Below, piece by piece: positions 9,421 through 19,327 of a stretch of DNA of 60,077 nt. Numbering within the stretch: position 1 is the stretch's first letter; each line of letters begins with the position of its first letter. The notes beneath the pieces are model-generated. The model was given only the letters and a program-made list of their open reading frames with translations. It was not told the origin of the DNA and ran no database searches. This stretch comes from Gammaproteobacteria bacterium (GTDB lineage: Bacteria > Pseudomonadota > Gammaproteobacteria > Natronospirales > REEB76), in the NCBI GenBank assembly GCA_035465695.1, contig DATIVR010000123.1, forward strand, positions 1 to 60,077. Reading direction: 5' to 3'. A program made the translations under genes and the position numbers.

Positions 9421-10374
9421 TCATTGCTTGGCCAGCCATTCGTCGTCTGAACCGTCGATGACGTTCTCGAAGAGGATGGTCGAGAGGTAACGCTCCGCGG
9501 TGTCCGGCAGCATCACCAGCATCGCCGAGTCCTTGGGCGCCTTCTCCGCTACTTTGAGCGCCGCCGCCAGCGTCGCGCCGGCGGAGATGCCCACCAGCAT
9601 GCCTTCCTCCTTGGCGAGCCGCTGCGCGGTGTCCCTGGCGGCCAGATCATCGACGGCCACGATCTCATCCACCACCTCGCGGTTCAGCACTGCGGGCACG
9701 AAATCGGGGGTCCAGCCCTGGATCTTGTGGGGTGCCCAGGGCTTGCCGGCCAGAAGTGAGGCTACCGCGGGTTCGGCCGCGATCACCTTGATCCCGGGAC
9801 GCGCCAGCTTCAGCACCTCGCCCACGCCCGTGAGAGTGCCGCCGGTTCCCCAGCCGGTGACGAAATAGTCCAGCTTGCGGCCGGCGAAATCCTGCAGGAT
9901 CTCGGGGCCCGTGGTGCTGCGGTGGTAGGCCGGATTGGCTGCGTTCTCGAACTGCCGCGCCAGGAACCAGCCGTGCTTCTTGGCTAGGTCTTCGGCTTTC
10001 TTCACCATGCCGCTGCCGCGCTCCGCAGCCGGAGTGAGGATCACCCGCGCGCCGAAGGCCCGCATCAGCTTGCGCCGCTCGATGGAGAAGCTGTCGGCCA
10101 TGATGGCCACGAATGGATAGCCCCTGGCGGCGCAGACCATGGCCAGCGCGATGCCGGTGTTTCCGGAGGTGGCTTCGATGACAGTCTGCCCGGGCTTGAG
10201 GGTGCCGCGCTGCTCCGCATCCAGGATGATGGCCAGCGCCAGGCGGTCCTTGACGGACGAAGCCGGGTTGAACATCTCCAGTTTCACGTAGATGTCCACG
10301 TGCTTGGGCGGGATGCGGTTGAGGCGCACCACCGGGGTGCGGCCGACGGTGCCGAGGATGCTGTCGTGGATCAT
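9421..10374 (-). CDS. cysK: cysteine synthase A (O-acetylserine sulfhydrylase)
   Basis: Starts MIHDSILGTVGRTPVVRLNR. PLP lysine motif NPASSVKDR, plus TSGNTGIALA and the GTGGT loop. The start was chosen at the internal ATG by homology. Confidence 0.9.
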   Translation of the reverse strand: MIHDSILGTVGRTPVVRLNRIPPKHVDIYVKLEMFNPASSVKDRLALAIILDAEQRGTLKPGQTVIEATSGNTGIALAMVCAARGYPFVAIMADSFSIERRKLMRAFGARVILTPAAERGSGMVKKAEDLAKKHGWFLARQFENAANPAYHRSTTGPEILQDFAGRKLDYFVTGWGTGGTLTGVGEVLKLARPGIKVIAAEPAVASLLAGKPWAPHKIQGWTPDFVPAVLNREVVDEIVAVDDLAARDTAQRLAKEEGMLVGISAGATLAAALKVAEKAPKDSAMLVMLPDTAERYLSTILFENVIDGSDDEWLAKQ

Positions 10375-10496
10375 GGGGACCTCTGCTGGCAGGGCGCACC
10401 ATGATGCGCCCAACAGGAGGCATGACCCATCACCCGGACGCTTTATTTCCTTGCAGTCCCGCTGATACGCGGGGATGTGAAAATAAACAGGGGTGC

Positions 10497-11420
10497 TCAG
10501 CCCACCGGATCCAGCCAGCCGTACTTGTCCGGGGTGGTTCCCTTGAAGAGACCGAAGAACAGTTCCTGCATGCGCAAGGTCACGGGACCCGGCCTGCCGG
10601 TACCGACAGGCTTGGCGTCCACGCTGCGCAGCGGCGTGATCTCAGCGGCAGTGCCGCACATGAAGACTTCATCGGCGAAATAAAGTGTCTCGCGGGTGAG
10701 GTCGCGCTCGATGACCTCGATACCGGCGTCTTTCGCCAGGGTCATGATGGTGTGACGGGTGATACCCGCCAGGATGGAGGCGCTGGCAGGCGTCGTATGG
10801 AGCGCGCCGTCGAACACCAGGAACAGGTTTTCGCCGGCACCTTCGGACAGGAGGCCGGTGGAAGCGAGGGCGATGCCTTCGCCATATCCCAGGCGCCGCG
10901 CTTCGCGGGCGATCAGTGCGCCGGAGAGATAGTTGCCGCCGGCCTTGGCGCCGGCGGGGATGGTATTCGGGGCGAACCGCTGCCAGGTGGAGACACCGGC
11001 ATCGATGCCTTGTTCAAGCACGCCGTCGCCCAGGTACGCGCCCAACGTCCAGGCGCCGACTGCCACTTCGATGGGCGCATCCGCGGAGAGACTCAAGGGA
11101 CCACCGGCACCGCGGAAGGCGACCGGACGGATGTATGACTTGGGCAGCTTGTTCACCCTGATGACTTCGCGGCAGGCCGCCTCGAGTTGCGCCTGGGTGT
11201 AAGGCAACACCATGTCGTAGACCTTGGCGGAGTTATAGAACCGCTTCATGTGGTCGCCGAGACGGAAGATCATCTGTCCCTTGGGCGTCTCGTAGCTGCG
11301 CATGCCCTCGAAGATGGAGGAACCATAGTGCAGCGCATGTGCCATGACGTGAGTGGTGGCTTCGGCCCAGGGCTTGATCTTGCCGTTGTGCCAGATGAGC
11401 GCGGGATAGTTCACGGCCAT
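10497..11420 (-). CDS. ilvE: branched-chain amino acid aminotransferase
   Basis: 307 aa from ATG 11420 (MAVNYPALIWHNGKIKPWAEA..HYGSSIFEGMR). The 158-codon upstream extension in the track is Arg/Pro/Gly-rich junk overlapping the ahcY 3' end. Confidence 0.9.
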   Translation of the reverse strand: MAVNYPALIWHNGKIKPWAEATTHVMAHALHYGSSIFEGMRSYETPKGQMIFRLGDHMKRFYNSAKVYDMVLPYTQAQLEAACREVIRVNKLPKSYIRPVAFRGAGGPLSLSADAPIEVAVGAWTLGAYLGDGVLEQGIDAGVSTWQRFAPNTIPAGAKAGGNYLSGALIAREARRLGYGEGIALASTGLLSEGAGENLFLVFDGALHTTPASASILAGITRHTIMTLAKDAGIEVIERDLTRETLYFADEVFMCGTAAEITPLRSVDAKPVGTGRPGPVTLRMQELFFGLFKGTTPDKYGWLDPVG

Positions 11421-11443
11421 GGTTAGCTCCGTTCGGGGGTCCG

Positions 11444-11481
11444 GTGAAAAGAGGCCCGGGGAAGGCTCCCTTCCCCGGGCC
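11444..11481 (-). terminator. rho-independent terminator after ahcY
   Basis: Minus strand: GGCCCGGGGAAGG-GAG-CCTTCCCCGGGCC, a 13-bp perfect stem, followed by TCTTTTC. It lies between the ahcY stop (11489) and the ilvE start (11420). Confidence 0.7.
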
Positions 11482-11488
11482 GAGTCGC

Positions 11489-12904
<1,416 letters not shown>

Positions 12905-12921
12905 CTTGGGTATCTCCAGAT

Positions 12922-12994
12922 TGAACGAGCGCCGTTGGATTACGTTCCCATCCCCGAGCCTGGCCGGCTAACCGGTTGCAGCGCTCCTCGGATC
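12922..12994 (-). promoter_or_regulatory. SAH riboswitch in the ahcY leader
   Basis: Minus-strand RNA: GAUCCGAGGAGCGCUGCAACCGGUUAGCCGGCCAGGCUCGGGGAUGGGAACGUAAUCCAACGGCGCUCGUUC. It carries the conserved SAH-element blocks CGAGGAGCGCUGCRACC, GGYCAGGCUCGG and CAACGGCGCUC. It sits directly 5' of the ahcY SD (GGAGA) and AUG, which is the canonical genomic context. Confidence 0.8.
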
Positions 12995-13011
12995 CGGGTT
13001 TCAGAGAGCTG

Positions 13012-14214
13012 TCAGCGTTTCAGTCCCGCGGCGGCGCGCAGTTCCTCGGCCTTGTCGGTCTGTTCCCAGCTGAAGGCCGTGAAGGTCTTGCCGTCCGGGC
13101 CCTTCATCTTGTAGGGGGCGCGGCCGAAATGGCCGTAGGCGGCGGTGGCGCGGTACATCGGATGCACCAGATCCAGCATCTTGATGATGCCGTAGGGACG
13201 CAGGTCGAAGTGCTTGCGGATCAGCTTCTCGATCTTGTCGTCGCTGATCTTGCCGGTGCCGAAGGTGGTGACCGAGATGGAGGTGGGCTGGGCCACGCCG
13301 ATGGCGTAGCTCACCTGGATCTCGCAGCGCTCGGCGATGCCGGCGGCCACGATGTTCTTGGCCACGTAGCGCGCGGCGTAGGCCGCGGAACGGTCCACCT
13401 TGGAAGGATCCTTGCCGGAGAAAGCGCCGCCGCCATGGCGCGCCCAACCGCCGTAGGTGTCGACGATGATCTTGCGGCCAGTGAGGCCGCAGTCGCCCAC
13501 CGGGCCGCCGATGACGAACTTGCCGGTGGGGTTGATGTGGAACTTGGTGCCCTTGTGCAGCAGCTTGGGCGGCAGCACCGGCTTGATGATCTCCTCCATC
13601 ACGCCTTCCTTGAGATCGGCGAGTTTCACGGAAGGATCATGCTGGGTGGAGAGCACCACCGCATCGATGGCGGCCAGGTCGCCGTCCTCATAGCGCAACG
13701 TCACCTGGCTCTTGGCATCGGGGCGCAGCCACGGCAGGGGATTCTTCTTGCTCTTGCGCACCTTGGACTGCTGTTCCACCAGGCGATGGGAGTAGTAGAT
13801 GGCCGCGGGCATGTAGTCGCGGGTCTCGTTGGTGGCGTAGCCGAACATCAGACCCTGGTCACCGGCACCCTGGTTCTCCGGATCACCGCGGTCCACGCCC
13901 TGGTTGATGTCGGGCGACTGCTTGCCGATGACGTTGAGGATGCCGCAGGTGCGGCCGTCGAAACCGACGGCGGAGGAGGTGTAGCCGATGTCGCAGATCA
14001 CCTGACGCACCAGTTCTTCCAGGTCCACCCAGGCGTTGGTGGTGACCTCGCCTGCCACCACGGCCACGCCGGTCTTTACGAGCGTCTCGCAGGCCACGCG
14101 GGCGCGCTTGTCCTGAGCCAGGATTGCATCCAGCACAGCGTCCGAGATTTGGTCAGCGACCTTGTCGGGGTGACCTTCCGAGACGGATTCCGAGGTGAAC
14201 AGATAGCTAGACAT
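13012..14214 (-). CDS. metK: methionine adenosyltransferase (SAM synthetase)
   Basis: Starts [26 protein letters not shown] from ATG 14214. [12 protein letters not shown] and [19 protein letters not shown] motifs are present. Confidence 0.95.
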   Translation of the reverse strand: MSSYLFTSESVSEGHPDKVADQISDAVLDAILAQDKRARVACETLVKTGVAVVAGEVTTNAWVDLEELVRQVICDIGYTSSAVGFDGRTCGILNVIGKQSPDINQGVDRGDPENQGAGDQGLMFGYATNETRDYMPAAIYYSHRLVEQQSKVRKSKKNPLPWLRPDAKSQVTLRYEDGDLAAIDAVVLSTQHDPSVKLADLKEGVMEEIIKPVLPPKLLHKGTKFHINPTGKFVIGGPVGDCGLTGRKIIVDTYGGWARHGGGAFSGKDPSKVDRSAAYAARYVAKNIVAAGIAERCEIQVSYAIGVAQPTSISVTTFGTGKISDDKIEKLIRKHFDLRPYGIIKMLDLVHPMYRATAAYGHFGRAPYKMKGPDGKTFTAFSWEQTDKAEELRAAAGLKR

Positions 14215-14519
14215 GCGCTCCGATCCTGTGGGGCGGGCTTCAAGGCCGCGGTGAAGGGGCAATAGTGTACAGATTCAGTGGGGCATTTTCGACTTATGAC
14301 AAGCCTCGCGCGCCGCGTGGGTCCCCCCGAAGGGGACGCGCCACGGCTCCATCTTGTCCCTGGGCACCCCGCGCCGGGCCGGGGTTTGGCGCCCGCGATC
14401 CCATATGTCTCACTGTGAAGGCCGCCACAAATCGAGTCTGTCTGGTGCACCTATACTTCAAACAGGACGTCTAGTCCTCGAGTATTCGCCCCATAACGAC
14501 GCATAAGAAAGGAGGGCCC

Positions 14520-15227
14520 ATGCCAGCGCCCACGCCTGCCAGTCCCGACATCAACAACATCATGAACCCTCCCGATCTCACCCTCAGCCAACTGGTGCTG
14601 AACGCCGACCACGTCGTCCAGGTGGCGCTGGTGTTGCTCATCATCCTGTCGGTCTGGAGTTGGGCCATCATGGTAGACAAGTTCATCGAAGTCACGCGCG
14701 CGCGGCGCGCGGTGCGCAAGTTGGAGGGCGAGGTGCGCGAAGGCCAGTCCGCCGAAAGCATCGCCACCGACGACAAGCATCCTGCCGCCGACATCGTGCG
14801 CGCCGGCGTCGCGGAGTGGAAGGCTCCGCCGCCGGTTCAGGAATCGCTCTCAGAGGAGCGCGAGCGTATCGAACGCAGCATGCGCAACCAGTTGGCGCAC
14901 GAGATGCGGCGTCTGGAGAAGCGCCTGCCCACGCTCGCCACGGTAGGCTCGGCGGCGCCGTTCATCGGACTGTTCGGCACGGTGTGGGGCATCATGGACA
15001 GCTTCACCGCCATCGCCCAATCCCATGACACCAGTCTCGCGGTAGTCGCGCCCGGCATCGCACAGGCCTTGATCGGCACGGCCTTCGGCCTGGCTGCAGC
15101 GATCCCGGCGGTGATGGCATACAACAAGGCCGCCACCGAGATGGGCCGCTATGCCGGCCGCATGCAGACCCTCATCAGCACGGTGGGCGGCAGGCTGGTG
15201 AAGCAGGCACCCGCGGGAGGCCGCTGA
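14520..15227 (+). CDS. exbB: MotA/TolQ/ExbB proton-channel protein
   Basis: 235 aa with AGGAGG 6 nt upstream. ExbB/TolQ C-terminal pattern (LATVGSAAPFIGLFGTVWGIM, VAPGIAQALIGTAFGL). Confidence 0.8.
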   Translation: MPAPTPASPDINNIMNPPDLTLSQLVLNADHVVQVALVLLIILSVWSWAIMVDKFIEVTRARRAVRKLEGEVREGQSAESIATDDKHPAADIVRAGVAEWKAPPPVQESLSEERERIERSMRNQLAHEMRRLEKRLPTLATVGSAAPFIGLFGTVWGIMDSFTAIAQSHDTSLAVVAPGIAQALIGTAFGLAAAIPAVMAYNKAATEMGRYAGRMQTLISTVGGRLVKQAPAGGR

Positions 15228-15228
15228 G

Positions 15229-15663
15229 ATGGCCATGAGCGCACCCAAGGGTCCTGAGGGCGACGAGTTCTCGGGTTACCGGCCCATGGCGGAGATCAAT
15301 GTCACGCCCATGGTGGACGTGATGTTGGTGCTGCTCATCATCTTCATGGTGACTGCGCCATTGATGATGGCGCAATTGCCCATCGAGTTGCCCAAGACAG
15401 GCGCTCAGGAACTGGGCAAGCCACCGCAGCCGCTGATCGTGGCCTTGGATACCAACGGCAACTATTACATCGGTGGCGATCAGGTGAGCGCCGGCGATCT
15501 GCCCGGTAAGCTCGCGGGCATGGCGCAGAACGATCCGGATCAGATCGTCTACGTGCGCGCCGACAAGGGCATCCCCTATGGGCAAGTCATGGCGCTGCTC
15601 GGCATCGTGGGCAAGGCGGGTTTCTACAAGATCTCACTAATGAGCCAGGAAACCAATGGCTAG
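15229..15663 (+). CDS. exbD: biopolymer transporter ExbD/TolR
   Basis: 144 aa (EINVTPMVDVMLVLLIIFMVTAP). The start is 1 nt after the exbB stop. Confidence 0.85.
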   Translation: MAMSAPKGPEGDEFSGYRPMAEINVTPMVDVMLVLLIIFMVTAPLMMAQLPIELPKTGAQELGKPPQPLIVALDTNGNYYIGGDQVSAGDLPGKLAGMAQNDPDQIVYVRADKGIPYGQVMALLGIVGKAGFYKISLMSQETNG

Positions 15664-16300
15664 ACCCAAAGCCCTGACGGGCTTCCCCCTCGGCATCGAG
15701 ATCTCCATCCTCCTGCATGTGGTGGTGGTGCTGGTGTTGCTGGCCATCTGGCATATCCATGGCAAGGGCATCGCCTTACCGCCGGTCAACAATCCGTTCG
15801 ACCACGCCATCGCCATCAGCCTGACGCCCACACCACACCCTCAGCCTAAGCCGAAGGTGGTGACCCCCACGCCGCCCAAGCCCGTGCCATCGCCGCCGGT
15901 GGTGGAGAGCCAGGCGGTGCAGACGCCTATCCAGACACCGCCGCCCACCGTGAAGACTCCTCCTCAGCCGCCCCAGCAGCAGCAACAGACCGCGGCGCAG
16001 TCCAATCCGGACTACACCCAGGTGGTGGAGAACATCCTGAACCAGAACAAGCGGTATCCCAAGGAAGCAGCGCTCGCAGGCACCGAGGGCGAGGTGGTGC
16101 TGTACTTCGTGGTGAACGCACAGGGGACGGTGCTGGGTTTCCACATCGACAAATCCTCCGGCTCGGACGTGCTCGACCATGAGGTGATACGCCTGATCCA
16201 CAGCGTGCGGTTCCCGCCGTTCCCGCCCAACTATCCTTCGCAGCGCATGGAGCTCACGGTACCTATAGAGTTCAAGCTGGGTGGGAACCTGCAACCTTAG
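15656..16300 (+). CDS. tonB: energy transducer TonB
   Basis: N-terminal TM, a Pro-rich spacer (PTPHPQPKPKVVTPTPPKPVPSPP) and a TonB_C domain (YPKEAALAGTEGEVVLYFVVNAQGTV). It overlaps the exbD stop by 8 nt. Confidence 0.8.
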   Translation: MARPKALTGFPLGIEISILLHVVVVLVLLAIWHIHGKGIALPPVNNPFDHAIAISLTPTPHPQPKPKVVTPTPPKPVPSPPVVESQAVQTPIQTPPPTVKTPPQPPQQQQQTAAQSNPDYTQVVENILNQNKRYPKEAALAGTEGEVVLYFVVNAQGTVLGFHIDKSSGSDVLDHEVIRLIHSVRFPPFPPNYPSQRMELTVPIEFKLGGNLQP

Positions 16301-16363
16301 GATGCCGGACGCGGATGTTAAGCTTGCGGCATGCGCGCAAGCCGCGATGCCTTCCGGCCCTGA

Positions 16364-16960
16364 ATGTCCCTGCGCCGACTGCGCCGCACGGAGCTGCCCG
16401 TCGCCTCGACGTCACTGGCGCGGTTCCTCATCGGCAAGACCCTGGTCCGGACTGTACCCGGCGGCCGCATGGTCGGCCGCATCGTGGAGACAGAGGCCTA
16501 TCTTCCTGGTGATGCCGCCTGTCATGCCTTCAGGGGCATGACCGCCCGTAATCGCACCCTGTTCCTGGAACCCGGCCATGCCTACGTCTATTTCATCTAC
16601 GGCAACCACTTCATGCTGAACGTATCCGGTGAGAGAGCCGGCATCGGTGGAGGGGTGCTGTTGCGCGCCGTGGAACCGTTGGAAGGACTGGCTCTCATGG
16701 AGGAGCTGCGCGGAGATGTGCCGGCACGGGACCTGGCCCGGGGGCCTGGGCGTCTGGCAGAAGCCTTCAAGGTGGACAGGAGCCTGGATGGCGTGGACCT
16801 CTGTTCAGCGGGACCGTTGTGGCTGGGTACTTCGCTACGAACCGTCGGCCGCATAGGCCGTAGCGTCCGCATCGGCATCAACAAGGATGCCCACCGCCTC
16901 CTGCGATTCTATGAACGCGACAACATGTATGTGAGCGGACCGCCGGCGCTCCGTGGATGA
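16364..16960 (+). CDS. DNA-3-methyladenine glycosylase (Mpg/AAG family)
   Basis: 198 aa (LARFLIGKTLVR, GRIVETEAYLPGDAACHAFRG, GHAYVYFIYGNHFMLNV). Confidence 0.85.
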   Translation: MSLRRLRRTELPVASTSLARFLIGKTLVRTVPGGRMVGRIVETEAYLPGDAACHAFRGMTARNRTLFLEPGHAYVYFIYGNHFMLNVSGERAGIGGGVLLRAVEPLEGLALMEELRGDVPARDLARGPGRLAEAFKVDRSLDGVDLCSAGPLWLGTSLRTVGRIGRSVRIGINKDAHRLLRFYERDNMYVSGPPALRG

Positions 16961-16967
16961 GACCTGC

Positions 16968-17666
16968 ATGAGATTTGATAACATCCTGGCCATGAGCAGC
17001 ACCGATGTCATGCACGAGGCAGACCACCGGTTCCACCCTGGCGAGGAAGTGTGGAACGCGCTTCTTCACCTGATCGGTCTGGTGTTGGTGTTGGGGGCTC
17101 TGCCGGTGATGCTCACCTTGGCCGCGGAGCACGGCACGGCCATGGAGGTGGTGACCTTCAGTGTCTATGGCGCCACCCTGGCCGGCTTATACCTCGTCTC
17201 CACCCTGTATCACTACGTACAGCCGGGTCCCATGAAGCGCATCCTGCGCCGGGCCGATCACATCACCATCTATTACCTCATCGCCGGGACCTACACCCCG
17301 TTCCTGCTGGTGGCTTTGGGCGGGGCCTTGGGCTGGTCCCTGTTCGTGCTGCTATGGGCGCTGGCGTTCCTGGGTACCCTGTTCAAGCTCAAGGTGGCGC
17401 ACCGTTTCGAGTTGCTCTCCACGCTCCTTTATATAGTCAAAGGCTGGGTGGGGCTGTTCGTGATCGTGCCGCTCTATCATGCGCTGCCGCTGCCTTCCTT
17501 CGTGCTGGTGCTGGTGGGAGGCGTCTGCTACACCCTGGGCGTGGCGTTCTATAGTTGGAACAAGCTGCCCTACAACCACGCTATCTGGCACGTGTTCTGC
17601 CTCGCCGGCAGCGTCACCCAGTTCATCGCGGTGTTCTTCCTGCTGGACCTTCCGCTCCCCGTCTGA
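16968..17666 (+). CDS. hemolysin III / PAQR family membrane protein
   Basis: Seven hydrophobic segments. PAQR motifs: EEVWNALLHLIG, RADHITIYYLIAGTYTPF, YNHAIWHVF. The start is uncertain (GTG 16953, ATG 16968 or ATG 16992). Confidence 0.8.
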   Translation: MRFDNILAMSSTDVMHEADHRFHPGEEVWNALLHLIGLVLVLGALPVMLTLAAEHGTAMEVVTFSVYGATLAGLYLVSTLYHYVQPGPMKRILRRADHITIYYLIAGTYTPFLLVALGGALGWSLFVLLWALAFLGTLFKLKVAHRFELLSTLLYIVKGWVGLFVIVPLYHALPLPSFVLVLVGGVCYTLGVAFYSWNKLPYNHAIWHVFCLAGSVTQFIAVFFLLDLPLPV

Positions 17667-17773
17667 AGAAGACACCTCCGAAGAGGGGTTCACGGGAGGT
17701 CACGGCGGCGGTGTCATTGGCCGTGATCGTCCCGAAGGGCATGTTTCCCCGGCACGCTGATATAGTGCGCGAC

Positions 17774-18550
17774 GTGACCGTAAGGATCTGTCTTACCGGC
17801 GCCACCGGGCATGTGGGCCGCGAATTGGTGAAAGCCATCGCGGCTGCGCCTGATCTCGTACTTTGCGCCGCGGTCGGCCGGCGCGGTGCGGGCGAAGTGC
17901 TGGGGGGTGTCACCGTCGATGCCAGCCTTGGCGCAGCCCTCGCGCGTGGCGATGCCGACGTGGTGGTCGATTACACCCATCCTGATGTAGTGAAGGGTCA
18001 TGTACAGCAGGCCATCGGCGCCGGATGCGGCGTGGTGGTGGGCACCTCAGGTCTTTCCGACGCCGATTACACCGAGATCGACGCCTGGGCCCGCACCAGA
18101 GGCGTGGGTGTATTCGCCGCCGGCAATTTCTCGGTCACCGCGGCGCTCTTGCAGCACTTCGCCATGACGGCGGCGAGACAGATGCCTCATTGGGAGATCC
18201 TGGATTACGCCAGCGATGCCAAGCCCGATGCCCCCAGCGGCACTGCGCGGGAGCTCGCGTACCAGTTGGCCAAGGTAGCGAAGCCGGATTGGAAAGTGCC
18301 GGTGGCCGACACCAAAGGCATGAAAGAGGCGCGCGGCGCCGCCCTCAACGGCTCACAGCTGCACTCGATCCGGGTTCCGGGATACTACTCCGCAGTGCAG
18401 GCGGTGTTCGGTGACGCAGGCGAACGCATCGAGCTCCGCCATGAGTCCACCAGCTATGTCCCGTATGTCACCGGCACCTTGCTCGCGGCGCGCCAGGTGA
18501 ATAGCTTCACCGGTCTCAAGCGCGGCATGAGCGAACTGCTGGGTTTATAG
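17774..18550 (+). CDS. dapB: 4-hydroxy-tetrahydrodipicolinate reductase-like protein
   Basis: Rossmann start VRICLTGATGHVGRE. DapB C-terminal pattern (DYASDAKPDAPSGTA, HSIRVPGYYSAVQAVFGDAGERIELRHES). A GTG start at 17774 or 17765 is inferred; the longer track ORF overlaps the hlyIII gene. Confidence 0.7.
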   Translation: MTVRICLTGATGHVGRELVKAIAAAPDLVLCAAVGRRGAGEVLGGVTVDASLGAALARGDADVVVDYTHPDVVKGHVQQAIGAGCGVVVGTSGLSDADYTEIDAWARTRGVGVFAAGNFSVTAALLQHFAMTAARQMPHWEILDYASDAKPDAPSGTARELAYQLAKVAKPDWKVPVADTKGMKEARGAALNGSQLHSIRVPGYYSAVQAVFGDAGERIELRHESTSYVPYVTGTLLAARQVNSFTGLKRGMSELLGL

Positions 18551-18734
18551 GGCTTCGGTGCATGGATGCACCGAACGGCTCAGCGCAGCTGAGTCGGAGG
18601 CGAGTCCGGGCGCTTTCCCTTCAGGCTCCTGCCTTCGGGAAGATCCAGCCGCACATCCCTGTGCGGCGTTCGTGGCAACGCCACGAACCCGGACTCGCAG
18701 AACCTGAAAATCCAGGACGGATTTTCAGGTCAAA

Positions 18735-19196
18735 TCAAGAGCCGCTTTGCGGCGCCGGCGTGAACTCGGCGTAGTCCTCGGAACGCGGCATCCGGCTCAT
18801 CACATCCGCAAGCTCCGCGGGCGCCGGCACCACCTTACGGTTCACAAGGTCGAACCATGCTCCCTGGCAATCGATGGTGCAGGCCAGCTCGCCATCCTGC
18901 CGATAGATGCGGTGGCGTATGCGCCAGTGCTTGAGGTTGGGGGAGAGTCCCACCGCCTCGCAGGTGACGCTGATGGTCTCGTTGGGGCGGATCTCCCGGA
19001 AGTAGCGCAGGTCTTCCCGGAACAGGATCGGCCCGAGCCTGAGCTTCTGGAATTGCCCCAGGGTGAACCCATGTTCCGAGAGGAAGCCCACGCGCGCCTG
19101 CGCGCCGTAATCGGCATACGCGGAGTGGCGCATGTGCGCGTTGGGATCGAGGTCCGCCCAGCGGATCGGGAAGCTCTTGGTGTAGGGCGCGCTCAT
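18735..19196 (-). CDS. hotdog-fold acyl-CoA thioesterase (4HBT/YbgC-like)
   Basis: 153 aa ([22 protein letters not shown] ... [13 protein letters not shown]). Confidence 0.7.
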   Translation of the reverse strand: MSAPYTKSFPIRWADLDPNAHMRHSAYADYGAQARVGFLSEHGFTLGQFQKLRLGPILFREDLRYFREIRPNETISVTCEAVGLSPNLKHWRIRHRIYRQDGELACTIDCQGAWFDLVNRKVVPAPAELADVMSRMPRSEDYAEFTPAPQSGS

Positions 19197-19327
19197 GGGC
19201 GGTTTTCCTCGTGGAATACGGCAAGGCGCGCCATTCTAACCCGGTGGTACAGCCATGCTTCGGACATCTGGCGGTTGTCCGCAGGGGGCCGATGCGCGAA
19301 AATACGCGCCCTTTTCCCGGAGCCGCC

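Noticed and set aside
14215-14470. A known SAM riboswitch (SAM-I, SAM-II, SAM-IV or SAM/SAH) upstream of metK.
   Set aside because: I could not find the hallmark strands (for example GGCAACC and AUCAAGAG for the S-box, or AAAGCU for SAM-II). It is kept only as an unexplained structured leader in the findings.
14404-14505. 33-codon plus-strand ORF (MSHCEGRHKSSLSGAPILQTGRLVLEYSPHNDA) in the metK/exbB intergenic region.
   Set aside because: It has no SD and no recognisable family, so it is probably chance.
14520-16300. Reading exbB-exbD-tonB as tolQ-tolR-tolA.
   Set aside because: No tolB, pal or cpoB follows, and the third protein ends in a TonB_C-type domain after a Pro-rich spacer. The Tol alternative cannot be fully excluded without a search.
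18562-18774. 70-aa plus-strand ORF in the dapB/thioesterase spacer.
   Set aside because: It runs through consecutive perfect hairpins and into the thioesterase 3' end, and has no SD or motif. The region is better explained as structured RNA or DNA.
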